Source: the human T2T-CHM13v2.0 reference genome, Homo sapiens
Strand: one strand, 5' to 3'
DNA: 64,000 nucleotides
Assembly: GCF_009914755.1 (NCBI RefSeq)
Contig: NC_060927.1
Shown here: piece after piece, positions 1-16,572 of the stretch
How the letters are laid out: each line of letters opens with the position of its first letter
Position numbering within the stretch: position 1 is the stretch's first letter
Program-made: the position numbers and the translations under genes
Notes under the pieces: model-generated
Seen by the model: only the letters and a program-made list of their open reading frames with translations
Told to the model about the DNA's origin: nothing
The model's database searches: none

Positions 1-799
1 TTAGTCCCCATGTTCGTGATGGTGCCTCTATTCTTAACTAAGCTCATTCTTCCCCAGCGCTGAAACCTTTGTTTTTGTCTGCTTTAGAGAATCACTCTCT
101 AGTTCTTTGCCAGGAGAGGGAGGGGCCTCTTGGAGTGGAGGTGAGGTTTGGGGCTCTGACGGCTACATAGAAAACCTTTCTCTTTATTTTAGCTCCTACT
201 TCACCCCATCTTCCAGAGTTATCTTGAATTGCCAGTTCTGGAGTCTTTTGGGCATTCTGGGGTGAAGATCAGGTTGGATCTTGGCTTTCCCTGCTGCTGG
301 CCTAGGATTCAGCTCTGTTGCCATCTTAGTCTTTTAGCATTCATTTACCTGCCGTCCAGCTTTCCAGACTTTAGTGCTATAGCTTATGTCTTGAAAAAAT
401 CCCTTTGCTGTCCTTTGATTGGGGTTTCAGAAAGGAGTGAAATGGATGTCTTTGTGTCATTTGCCATGTGTACCCTAAAATCCTGCTTTTCTAAAATCAT
501 AATCAAGAAGTCACTTGCTGTCCCTTTTGGACAGTAGTTCATTACCTTTAAAGTTGTACCATTTTTAGAGCTTTGGAATGTGAGAGATGATGCTGATCCT
601 GTCAGAAAGACTTTTTGGAAAAGTTCATGTTCTCTGCTCATTTTGGATCTGGACATCTGTGCAACTCTGAATTCTCTTTTTCCTCCCCTGCATTCCTCTC
701 CCTATGGACTGGAGCTCAGTTAAAGGAGCGGCCATCCATTTTAGTGCCCCAGATTGAGAGGTGTATGGTATCATCCATTCTACCTCCCTCTCTCTCTTT

Positions 800-1287
800 T
801 TATTTTTTAAGTTGTGATAAAATACATATAACATAAACTTTACCATCTTAACCATTTTAAAATGTACAGTTCAGTGGCATTGGAGTACATTCACACTGTT
901 TTGCAGTTATCACCACTGTCTGTCTTCAGAATTCTTTTCATCTTGCAAAACAGAAACTCTGTACCCTTTAAACAATGACTCCCTGTTCTCCCCTTTTCTC
1001 AGCCTCTGACAACCACCATTCAACTTTTTGTCTCTAAGATTTGGCCACTCTAGGTACTTTATACAAGTGGAATCATGCAATATTTGTCCTTTTTGACTGA
1101 TTCATTTCACTTGGCATAATGTCCTCAAGGTTAATCCATGTTGTTGTGTCAATTTTCTTCCTTTGTAAGGCAGGATAATATCCCATTGTGTGTATATACC
1201 GCATCTTGTTTATCCAGTCATCTGTCAGGGACACTGGGTTGCTTCCACCTTTTGGCTCCTGTGAATAGTGCTGCCATGAACATGGCT
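800..1287 (-). mobile_element. L1M (L1MB-like) 3' end fragment
   Basis: tttaccatcttaaccattttaaaatgtacagttcagtggcatt...gtgaatagtgctgccatgaacat typical of antisense L1M 3'UTR. Confidence 0.8.
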
Positions 1288-1940
1288 ATCTCACTGTCTC
1301 TTTTAGCATCATATCCCATCAGTCACCAAATTCTGGTATATCCTCCTCTCTCCCTTGCACTGCTAAGGCTCGGGCCCTCATCCTTTCTCACCTGGACTGT
1401 GGCAGAAGCTTCCTAACAACCACCTTACTTTCCCTTCCAGTCTGTCACACTACACTCTTGGATATTTTTAAAATAGGGGTCTGATCATCTCATTTGCCCG
1501 CCTTGAAATCCTCAATGGTGCCATTCAGACTTTTCTAACATGGCACATCACCTCAGTTTACCTTGTTGATCCAGCTTTCCTGCCCCTCTGCTTACTTTCT
1601 GTCTGTCCCAAAAGACTTTCCATTCTCTAGGTGCTCCATGCTCTTGCCCCTCCATGTGCTTGCTCATGCTCTTGCGTTGGCCTGGAATGCATTCTCTCAC
1701 CCTCATCCTCCTGGAAAAGCCCTGTTCGTCCTTTAAAGCCAGCTCAGATGTTCTTTGTGAGGACTCCTCCCATCCTCAGAAGCTGAGTTAGATATCTGTT
1801 TTCCTTTGCCTTCACTTTGTACATCTCTGTCATGGGTGGGATACAGATTGTGGGGATGTGGAATAGCTGAGGTCTTGGAGAATTAAAAGGAAAAGAGTAG
1901 AGAACTGAAAACTACACAATTTGTGAACCTGTGCCATTAA

Positions 1941-2240
<300 letters not shown>

Positions 2241-2623
2241 TGATATTTTCATGTTATCTTATTATCTGAAACATCATAGGTTTGACCCTTGAAAAGCCAG
2301 GGAAAAGTGTCTCGAGTACTTGCTGAATGTTTTATATGTTGTGATTCTAGGGTGCTTGGTAAAAGATCCCACATTGGGCCCCTCAGGGAGATGACAAGAG
2401 GACTGGGATCTATGGTTGCAGATCAGGCCTCTGTCTGGTCTGTTCAGTATTGTGGTGATCAGTTAGGACTCCCCTTGTTCCCAGGCACAGGGAAGATGTG
2501 AACAGGAACACCTATTTTTAGGGCTAGAACAACAGGACAATGTAACAATGACAAGAATTTAATGAATCTGAATATGCCTCTGGACAGAGATGTTGCTTGA
2601 GGTGCAAGATAGTATGTGCCTCA

Positions 2624-2940
<317 letters not shown>

Positions 2941-3130
2941 AGATTAAAAAGGAAACATTCTGCTTTGTGTTAGTTAACAAGTGTTAATACTGACTTATGG
3001 CTTCCTGTGCACTCTGCACTGCAGTTGGTATTATAGGGGTAGAGAGGGTGTAAGTGGGAGGGAAACAGAGGACCATGGCAGGATCTCTATCGTAGTGGAG
3101 TGTGTATGCTAATTTCAAGTGTCTATTATG

Positions 3131-3176
3131 GAAAGTCTGGCATGAGGACATAACCGCTTGAGCTAACTCCAATCCG
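3131..3176 (-). pseudogene. 3'-truncated tailless retrocopy of nc886 / VTRNA2-1 (vault RNA 2-1)
   Basis: Minus strand reads CGGATTGGAGTTAGCTCAAGCGGTTATGTCCTCATGCCAGACTTTC, 41/46 identical to the recalled nc886 5' end; flanked by exact 16-bp direct repeat tcaagtgtctattatg (3115-3130, 3177-3192). Confidence 0.88.
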
Positions 3177-3340
3177 TCAAGTGTCTATTATGAGTCAAAC
3201 ACTATGCCAGGCACTTTTATGTACGTCATCTCATTTAATTATGATAGTAATTGGCTTACATGTTATAGTTACGATTTTGCCCCTGTTTTACGGATGAGGA
3301 AATGGAGAGTCAGAGAGGTTAGGTAATTTGTTCAAGGATT
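3177..3340 (-). mobile_element. MIR fragment (target of the nc886 insertion)
   Basis: cactatgccaggcact...catctcatttaat...ttttacggatgaggaaatggagagtcagagaggttaggtaatttg resembles the MIR core. Confidence 0.7.
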
Positions 3341-3430
3341 TGTTCAAAGATGGCTTCATGACAGAGGTGGTCTTTAAGCCCTGATGAGTCATGAAGTTAG
3401 ACCCTGCAGCACTTATAGGATATTTAAGGC

Positions 3431-3725
3431 TTTTCTTTTTTTTGAGACAGAGTCTTGCTGTGTTGCCCAGGCTGGAGTGCAGTGGTGTGATCTCGGCTCA
3501 CTGCCACCTCCGCCTCCTCGATTCCAGTGATTCTTGTGCCTCAGTCTCCTGAGTAGCTGGGACCACAGGCATGCACCACCATGCCCAGCTAATTTTTGTA
3601 TTTTTAGTAGAGGCAGGGTTTCTCCATGTTGGCCAGGGCATTCTTGAACTCCTGACCTCAAGTGATCTGCCTGCCTTGGCTTCTCAAAGTGCTGGGATTA
3701 CAGGCATGAGCCACTGCACCCAGCT
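3431..3725 (-). mobile_element. AluS
   Basis: Antisense dimer, TSD ggatatttaa. Confidence 0.92.
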
Positions 3726-5495
3726 GGATATTTAAACTTTAAACAGTGTGGTGCTTAAAATTTGTGAGAGGAGATTTTAGACCTGGGAATAATCAACAAA
3801 ATCTAGTAGAGTTACTGGCGTGGACAACTGGATGGAATCCGAAGAGACAGTGCTTTGGAGGGGTAGGGGTGGACAAAGGTATGGAGTTGGGACCAACTTG
3901 GCTTGTATGTGAGATAGTAAATTGTCTTATGGAAGAGAAGATTCCTGGGGAGACTGGAAAGCAAGGTTGAATCCTCTGTGGGATGTGAAAGAGGTTGGTC
4001 TTGATAAGGTTAGACCTGAGGGACCAGCCACTTATGAGCAAGGGAACAGCATGAGGATGGTGGTCATTCCGGAAGTGGAATGAGGAATAGGTGGGAGTGG
4101 CTACAGGAAGCAGGGTTGAAAGTAATTCACATATTGTATCATTTGTGTAAAGCTGCTGAGTTGCTCTTTTGGAGGTGCCATTTGGGGCAGGTTCTGCCAT
4201 TGAGTGTCCAGCCTGTTCTTTGGAAGAAGCCTCAGTTAGTGTGAATTCTCTTTCTAGGTCCCCAGTTTCATTGCTGGACAAAAGCTGATTAGGGCGAGTA
4301 GGCTGTGAGAGCCTCTAAGTCTTGCAGCTCCTTCACCAGTGTCTCGGAGCCCAGCACTTTGGGTCTTGCCACTGTTTTTGTCAGGGAGCTGTCAATCTGG
4401 AGTGGCCACTTCCCAGGGACTCCAGCTGTCCTTTTGCATTTGGGGAGTGGAGCTGGCAAAGCCTGCTGAAACCTCTCTCCTGCCCCGCAGGAAAGCTTGG
4501 CAGGGTGCCTGGCACAGGCTGCTTACTTGAGTGGGGCTGCTGTCCTTTGCCTGTCCCTCCTGCTTTCCTTGAATGAAAGTCTTGAAAAAAAGAGAAACTG
4601 CTCTTTTCCCCAAGCCCCCACGAGAGCATGTGCTTGCCGACAGCCGCCCACCTGGCTCCTGTCACCAAAACGACATCTGCTTCTCAGTAGCACCAGGCAG
4701 CCCGCAGGGGGCTAGACTGGCCTGGGCTCAAATCCACCTCCACTTACTACTTAGTAGCCATGTGACTTCAGCAAATGCTTTAATGTCACTGAATTCCTGT
4801 GAGCCTTGGTTTCCCCCTCTGTAGTAGTGCCTTACCTTGCAGGGTTGTTGTAATCACAGCTGCCCATTCAACATATCTTATTGCTGTCCTCTCTGGAACT
4901 CTCCTCTCCCTAGCTCTCACTTTTAAGCTAGTGGATCTGTAGCAGAGGTACTTGCCCTTTTATCAGTGGTTTAGTGAGCGGTTCCCTTCGAGAAGAAGAT
5001 GAAATGGCATTTACGGAGTCTTGGGGTTGCCGAAGAGAGACATCTTTTACTTGGTAATTCTGCATAAGGCTCTCCCCAACAGTGAAAGCTTTTGCTGGCC
5101 TCTTTGATGGGAACTCTGTTCTGGGCCATTATTCATACTCAAATTCAGATCAGAGGGATGGGCTTTTATGGGTTAGCCTGGAAATTCAATCTTCATGTTT
5201 ATCAGGGGGATTTCATCCTGAAGAAAATCATCACTTTTAAAAAATAAAATAAAAATAAGAAATGACTCTAAAAGGTGTACTGTTGACAAGGTGGTTTCAC
5301 ATTTTCTTTTTGTATGTGTAAGCCGGGAACTGCTGCAGGTGCTCAGTTGAGTGTGTTCGTATGCCGATGGTTTCCATGTTCCCCATTTGTCCTGAAACTG
5401 TTGTAGTAGCTGGACCTCGTGCCCTGCCCCTGGCCTTCCCCAGCTGCAGTGGGGGACAGCATCCTCATTGCTCAAAATACCCAGAAGAATGATTC

Positions 5496-6560
5496 TTTTT
5501 TTTGAGACAGAGTTTCGCTCTTCTTGCCCAGTCTGGAGTGCAATGGAGCAATCTCGGCTCGCCGCAACCTCTGTCTCCTGGGTTCAAGTGATTCTTCTGT
5601 CTCAGCCTCCTGAGTAGCTGGGATTAACAGGCATGCGTCACCACACCTGGCTAATTTTTATATTTTTAGTAGAGACGGGGTTTCTCCATATTGGTAAGGC
5701 TGGTCTCGAATTCCTGACCTCAGGTGATCTGGCCGCTTTGGCCTGCCGAAGTGCTGGGATTACAGGTGTGAGCCACCGTGCCCGGCTGATTCGGTTTTAT
5801 ACTTACCAAAAAAGTTAATAAATGATGCCTCAGTAGAACAGTAAGTTTATAGTGTAGTCAAAACTTAGTTGTTCAGCCTCTGCCTTTAGCTGTGCAGGAC
5901 CAGGCTGTACAGCTCTAATGCGTAGGAGTCCTCTGCAGAAAGGGAGACACCCAAAGTCAGAGCAAGCTGGAGGAATCATTACTGCATTAACATTTCAACA
6001 TTTATTTATTTATATTTTTTTTAGAGATGGGGTCTCGCTATGCTGCCCAGGCTGGCATCGACCTCCTGGGCTCAAGTGGTCCTCCCGCCTCAGCCTTTTG
6101 AGTAGCTGGGACTACAGGTGTGCACCACCATGCCTGCTGCTGGATTAATATTTCTGGTTTTTTCTTAACATTTCATGGCCACAGATGTTTTATCAGTGTT
6201 TAGCAGTAAGGCCTATACTCTCCTGGGATTACATGCGTTTGTTCTTTCCTACTTAGTTTATGTGAACACATTTACTTCAATGGATCTGCTGTTGAAACCA
6301 AGATTTTGGATTTTGCAACTATTGTATGCTGGTAATTCTGTTTTACTGGTGACCTGTTTGGTTATTCCCTGCTATCCAGTCTATTTTCTTTCTTTCTCTG
6401 TTTATTTGTTTTTTGAGACAAGGTCTCACTCTGTTGTCCAGGCTAGAGTGCAGTGGTGTGATCTTGGCTCACTGCAACCTTGACCTCCTGGGCTTAAGTA
6501 GGTCTCCTGCCTTGGCCTCCCAAAGTGCTGAGATTACAGGCATGAGCCACTGCGCCCAGT
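5496..6560 (-). mobile_element. Three antisense Alu-family elements: AluS 5496-5786, FLAM-like monomer ~6000-6135, monomer ~6400-6560
   Basis: Alu consensus motifs on the minus strand. Confidence 0.85.
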
Positions 6561-7018
6561 CCTATCTTCTGATAGTGCTTTTTCTCCATTATATTTCCCC
6601 CTTCTGTGTGCTTGCTGCCCTTGATCTGGAATCTTGTTTTACTTTCTTATTGTTCACCTGCTTCTTATCTATGGGTGATTAATTTGCTCATTTGCTTCTT
6701 ATTTATGGGTGCTTAATTTTTGCATTTTAAAACTCTTGTCTGGTTTGCTCTAGAAGCGAGAATATACTGGAGATCTGTGCTCTGGTTATTGGAACACTCA
6801 TGTCTTTCATTCGGACATGGAAGTACCTGAGAGGTTGAATTAATAGGTAGGTGGTGGCTTGATGAAAGCAAAAGTTGGGCAGAGACAGGAGGGTGCTCTT
6901 ATGGACTCAGTAATGAATCAGAACCATTAGGAGTTGTCCTCACTTCCACCCTTTTCCACATGCCTCTACATCTAATCCACCTCCTGGGCTAGTGCGCTCT
7001 ATCCTAAAATTATATCCT

Positions 7019-7335
7019 GGCTGGGCGCGGTGGCTCACGCCTCTAATCCCAGCACTTTGGGAGGCCAAGGCAAGCAGATCACCTGAGGTCAGGAGTTTGA
7101 GACCAGCCTAGCCAACATGGTGAAACTCCATCTCTACTAAAAATACAAAAATTAGCCAGCATGGCGGCACACGCCTGTGGTCCCAGCTACTTGGGATGCT
7201 GAGGCACGAGAATCTCTTGAACTCGGGAGGCAGAGGTGCAGTGAGCTGAGATTGCGCCACTGGACTCCAGCCTGGGCAAAAGAGCAAGACTCCGTCTCAA
7301 AAAAAAAAAATTAAATAAATAAATAAAAAAAATAA
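7019..7335 (+). mobile_element. AluS
   Basis: Full dimer with A-rich tail. Confidence 0.92.
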
Positions 7336-7435
7336 TATCCTGACACTGCCCGTTTCCCTGTCTCTGCTGTCAGCCCCCTTCCCTCCTCCTCCTGCCATCT
7401 TCCCCAGGCTAAGCCACCATCTGGCCTTGTTTAGA

Positions 7436-7636
7436 CAGAGGCTGTCTAAAAGAACTTTCTGAGATGATGGAATTGTTTTGTGTCTCAGCTGTCCAGTAAG
7501 GTAGCCACTAGCCATCTTTGGCTGTTGAGCACTTGAAATGTGGCCAGTGCGGTAGAGGAACTGAATTTTTAATTTAACTTAATTTAAATTTAAATATTCA
7601 CATGTGGCTGGTGGCTACCATATTAGACAGTGTGGG
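7436..7636. mobile_element. MER3 (hAT-Charlie MITE) inserted in L2-like sequence
   Basis: gctgtctaaaagaactttctgagatgatggaa...gtggctaccatattagacagtg; flanks gtttagac / gtctagac. Confidence 0.8.
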
Positions 7637-8495
7637 TCTAGACTATAGCCTCTCAAATGTATATTTTCTTGACCCCCCCCTCCATAATTCTTCCACAGTA
7701 GCCAGAGTGATCTTTGAAAAATGTAGATGAGATCATGGCACTTCTCACTTTAGAAGCCTCCAGTGGCTTTGCTTCTGCCCAGTGTGCACCCAGCTCTCCC
7801 CTGGCGTGCCAGGCTTCCTTGAGCTGACCTTTGCAGCCCTCTCCTCCTGTACTGTCGCCACCTTTTTCTCATGCTTCTCCAGGACCCTGCTGGCTTCCTA
7901 CCCTCAAAGCAGTAGCCAAGCCTTTTCTGGAGTTGGGACCTTTGCACATGCTTTTGCATCTGGAGAGGGTACTCTTCCTTCTTTGCTTGCCTGACTGCTC
8001 ATCATCTTTGAAGTCTCAGCCTCCTAGAGACAACCCTGTCCCCCATCTGTATAAAGACCCCAATCCTCAGGCTCCTCTTATCACTGCTGGAAATTATCTT
8101 CGATGTCTCTTTCTTGCGTGTTGCCTGTCTCTCTTTACTAGGACTTAAATGTCATTAGGGCACCACCCTTGCTGGGTCTCTGATGTCTTGCATTGAGGGA
8201 CTGAACACATTCCTTCTGCCGCTCACCCCCATGGCCTTCTTTTGCCTCTAGAGAAGACATCACGGCCTCACTCTCACGGCTTCTTTTCCATTCTCCACAT
8301 TGAGCATCCCCTTTTGTAAACATGAGTGGGAGCCAACTAGAGTACAGTGTTCCCGATTAGTTTCATTTTTCCCAGTTGTAATCACAGTCTCATTTGCCTC
8401 CCTGAGGTTACACGCCGTATCACCTCTATTTTACTTGTTCCTGAATTTCCTCAGCTATAAATCTCAAGATATTCTCTTATTAATATCAAATTATT

Positions 8496-9085
<590 letters not shown>

Positions 9086-10210
9086 AAATCTCAAGTTATT
9101 GCCACCATGCTTTACTTTGAGTAGTGGGAATATACAGCCCCCATAAAGCTGTGTGGTTGGGAAGCCAGGTTTGAGAAAAGGGAGCATATCTAAATACATT
9201 CAGTTAAAAAACTTTTATTTATATTTTAATTAAAAAATGAATCTATGTTCCTGAAGAGAAATTTAAAAATACCAGAAGAAAACAGGAAGAAAAAAAATTC
9301 CCACATTGTCTCCCCATGCTGAGATAACAACATACGCCAGGAAGAGTGTGCATGTCATGTATATTATAACATCATACACAGTGTTTTGTTACCTGCTTTC
9401 TTAGCCCAAAAATACTATGTACTTATTTTTCTATCAGTAAATACTCATCCACAAGTCAATTTTAAATAGCTGAAGAGTGTTACATTTCATGGAGGTACCA
9501 TAAATTATTTGGCAAATCTGTTCTTGGCCATTTGGGTTACTTCTTTTTATAATTACAAGCAGCTCATTTGGTTAATTTTTTTTTCCTGTCCGCTCTTTTT
9601 TGAGTCGATGTTCTAGAAAATACGGTGTTCTGGTCTTCTTGGCCTTCCTTTTCCAAGGGTGTGTGAGTCACCGTCTTCCCGCGGTGTTAGTATGTGATTT
9701 GTCCTGGCGTGGATTTGTTGTGACTCCATCTACCTACATCATGTTTCTCTTTGCAGCAATGACCGCTTGTTTTCCACAGGAGACACTGTTCTGTAGTTAT
9801 AAAAACAAGTGTTACGCAGCGACTGTTTCCTGAGCGCGTTGCTCACATAAGCTCATGCTCCCTTCCTGTCTTCCAGTGGGAAGGCTGGTTGCCAAGAAAA
9901 CATCATCATAAACAAAGTTCTCTGAACACCTACCGATTGACAAAGTAGTGTATTTTTATTTAAAATGACTATTCACTTGCTACTCTGAAACATGTTGCAA
10001 TCTTGACCTTTATATTTGCCACCGTTTTAACATTCTTTTAAACGGCAGGCAATATAAAATCAGTGACTTTGTCTTTGATGTTATTTCTGAATAGCACATA
10101 GAGGGATACAATACAAAGTAGCAAATGAATGGCTAAGTATATACTGTATGTATATTGAAATGCATTGAAGACAGGATTTTAACAATACATGGGGCTTCTA
10201 ATGCTGCTCC

Positions 10211-10553
<343 letters not shown>

Positions 10554-11725
10554 AGTGCTGCTCCTTTCTTACCGTTTGATTATGGGGCTGGAGAAGTTGT
10601 CAAGGGAAATCATTATAGAGCCCTGTGCAGTATTTCTTGACTTTCTTCTGATTTTGGATGTCAAAGTCTTGCATCTTGGTCAAATTTCTGGTTAGTGCAT
10701 CATAAAAATGATCATTAGAATCCTATTTAGCTTAGGATTGTGCACAGAACTGCACATTGGTCATTCTGGGCTGGGTGTCCTCTGAGCACCGGAGGCAGGT
10801 AGGATCCAAGGTGGGACGGTGGTGCAGAGAAGGCAGCCACTTTCCTGAAGAACCATGTGAGACTGGCTTGGTTACAGCAGGTGGGAGAGCTGGGGCAGTA
10901 GGGTTCAAGTGTCCAGGCTGCTAAGAGTGACTTCAGCCAAACAAACCTGAAAAGCTAGAATTTCTGCTGGTGCCTCAGGCTGTTTTTCTATGCGTGGCCA
11001 TGAGTTTTATTTTGAGAATTCCCATTGTTTAGTCGTGCCAGAGACTTTAAGTGGAAGCTGTATTATGATGCATTTTAAATTCAGATCAGAAGGGCACTGA
11101 GGAATAGTTTGAGAGAGAGAGACCCAATAACAAATAGTGGAGACAAAAACTATCATTCATCCTACAAAAGTTTGTTCAATCCTGCCCTGTAGCAGGTACT
11201 GTTTTTGGGATTCAGTGGTGAATATGACACAGTTTTCCTGCCCCCCTGCCCTGTACCAGGTACTATTTTTAGGATTCAGCAATAAATGATACAATTTTCC
11301 TGCCTTCAAGGAGCAAATGTGTATTTCAGCTTCTAAAGGTACTGGCGGCAAACTCAAGGAAGCCTGGGTTTCTCATAGCGATAGATTTCAATGAGCATGA
11401 CACTGATTGTGAAATGAAAGCAGATTTAGGGTCAAGGACTGTCAGAAGAGGGGCTGAGCAGGGAGATGTGGGAGTAGTTCCTGGGCAGAGACTGGCAGAG
11501 TGTGGCGTTTGGGAAGCGCCTGCAGTGAGGAGGCATTGATGGGGCTGCTGTGAAGGCTGCAGGCCTGACCTTGTGTCCTGAAAGTCTTTTAGATAATGCT
11601 TTCCTGGCGGGTGAGACACTCTTAGACTTGGGCCGAGTTCACCTAGCCCTAGACAAGTGCTACCTAAAGTGTGTCAGCTGACTGGGCTGAGAGATGAGTA
11701 CAACACTAAGAGTAGTGTTTCGAGA

Positions 11726-12047
<322 letters not shown>

Positions 12048-12756
12048 TAGCAACTTGACATTGCAGCCACAGCCAAGTGTGTGACCAGTGGATCTGTTTG
12101 CCCAGGACATAGACCAGTTTGGGTTTTGTGGAACTTAAGGTGTGTGGTGAGTAAGACCATATCTGGCTGGAGCTTTGAACTAGTCATGTGCAGTGGGAAC
12201 ATGTGTCTTTCCTTAACAAATGAAAACAACACAAAACAAAAAACAAAAACAACCTCATCCATCGTGACAATAGTTGGAGAAGCACCACTGTAGACCAAGC
12301 AAGACTCATTACACACAATTCATAACTTTGTCTTTTTAAATAATGTTGCAGTATTTTCTTGTGCTTATATGTCACAGTTTCTTAACTCCTCTATTTGGGG
12401 CCATTGCTACATTATTTTATTATAGATACTGCATGTGTGAATATTTTTGCACAAATTAGTTTTTTTTTTTAATTCTTCTCTCGGGCCTGTACCCAGAGGG
12501 GAAATACTGTGCCAAAGGGTCACTGTTTTTTTGCTCTCTAGAAAGGCTGAGCCGATTTATATTGTAGGAGAGGATATACGGGTTTTCTCTGTGGCTTCAG
12601 GCTGTGCAATTTTAACAGTTTTTGCTGGTTTATGAGGCATGTACCTGTGCCTTGAGATTGTTTTAATATGCCTACTTAAGGGGGTTGTGAGGATGTGATG
12701 GTTTGATTTTAATATTTTCTCACATTGGAAACTAAATGGTTTTTTAAAAAATTCTT

Positions 12757-13097
<341 letters not shown>

Positions 13098-13356
13098 TTA
13101 GTTTTGTAATTGCTTATTTCTTGGATCTATTTGGACTTTATTACCATGTTTCGTATAAGTTGTAGATCTAGGTTAATTTTCTTCTATACTGATGTTAATT
13201 TTCCTAGTAACTTTTATTGGTGATTCTTTTCTGCATTTTTGTATCTCCTGTGATTTGACATATATTAAATAGTTATCTTAGAATGAATATATTTGTGGGG
13301 CCTCCATTCTTATGCTACCATTAATATTTTAAAAAAATTTACCCAATGCTATATGA

Positions 13357-14135
<779 letters not shown>

Positions 14136-14596
14136 CTGTCCTTTGATTCTTCCAGTTGCATTTCACTGTCATCGTGAACCTGGCCTGATTGCTTGGCTGC
14201 CCTTTTGTCCACATGGAGGCATGCGCTTTACCATGCTTTCTTGGGTGGTGATCTTAGTGAGAAGATGGCTGGTTAATGAGAGGATGAGGTTGAGGGTTTG
14301 AAACTGTGAGTCAAGAAGCTTAGCTTGATTGTGGGCTGTATACCATTCTCTGTGCTTTGGTCACAAGGAAATTGGGAGACAGTTATCCACATAGAATTTT
14401 TATCAGGATTGAAAGAAGCTGTTGGGAGCAGAGGCCATCGGGTGCTGACTCTGTATGTGAAAGACAGTGTATGATAGGACCAATATTTAGGTATTAATAG
14501 GGCAAGAGAGAAGAAAGCATGGATTATTAGACTGGGGTGTTTGTTTGTTCTATATGTGACAGGTTTGAAAGGGTTTTCTGTGTTAATGTTCCCTGA

Positions 14597-15502
<906 letters not shown>

Positions 15503-16317
15503 CTATGATTACTTAAGAAACTATAGACTCTTGGATATAGAGTATTTCTATATTTTTCTTTAGAAAAATACTGTCCTTGAACATTTTTGTTCTTCTGATT
15601 GCTAATTTCTTGGTTCTTCTACTAGTTGCCTAGTGTTTTTTTCTGACAGATTAATATTTGTTACTCCCAGCCTATGTGGCTGTCAGACTCACTTATTCTT
15701 CCTCCTGCTTGTTTTCCCCAATTATAAAATGATTCAGATAATGAGATAATAATAATTAGCCCATAATGTATAATAAACAACATTTATGTATTGCCATATA
15801 GCACAGAAAGCACTTTGATATATTTCACCCCCTTTAAATTTCATGCAACTCTGTGTCGTGGGAATTATTGCTACGGCCATGTTTATAGAGGAGAACACTG
15901 GAGCTCAGAGCCCTATATGGCAGCCTGCCTTAGGCCAGAGAGCTAGCTGGTGACAGAGCATGACCTCTATTACAGATCCCATATTTTCCCCAGTAAATCT
16001 TCTGGTTCAAATTCATTGACTGAATTACATTTTATTAGAAGAGAATGGAACTTTTTAAAAAAATCACAATGGATTTAATGAATAATTGACTATTATAGTG
16101 ATGCAGTATGTTTTTCTTAGGAGGTCTATCTATCCAAAGAACATGTTTATTTAGAAAACTCTTGAAAATACTTACCTAATCTGTTGATTAAATGCATGTA
16201 ATGTGTTGTCTCTAGTTGAAGGACTTTTCTAATTTTATTTAAATGATTTCAGGTAAAGGCAGAAAAGTTATCCACAAGCACAAGCTATATTATAATTATA
16301 AGCTTTTTTGGATGCTA

Positions 16318-16572
16318 TTTTTTTTTTTTGAGACAGGGTCTCTTTCTGTCACCCAGGCTGGATGGCACAATCATGGCTCACTGCAACCTTGACCTCCCTG
16401 GGCTAAAGTGACCCTCCCACCTCAGCCTCCTAAGTAGCTGGGACAAAAGGCTGGCTAATTTTTGTATTATTATTTTTTTGTAGAGACAGGGTTTCTCCAT
16501 GTTGCCCAGACTGGTCTTGAACTCCTGGGCTCAAACAATCTGCCTGCCTCAGCCTCCCAAAATGCTGGGATT
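16318..16572 (-). mobile_element. AluJ-like, partly deleted
   Basis: Antisense Alu with J-type ctcctgggctcaa. Confidence 0.85.

Noticed and set aside
3793-4281. 162-aa minus-strand ORF
   Set aside because: No recognisable domain or splice context; lies in degenerate intronic sequence.
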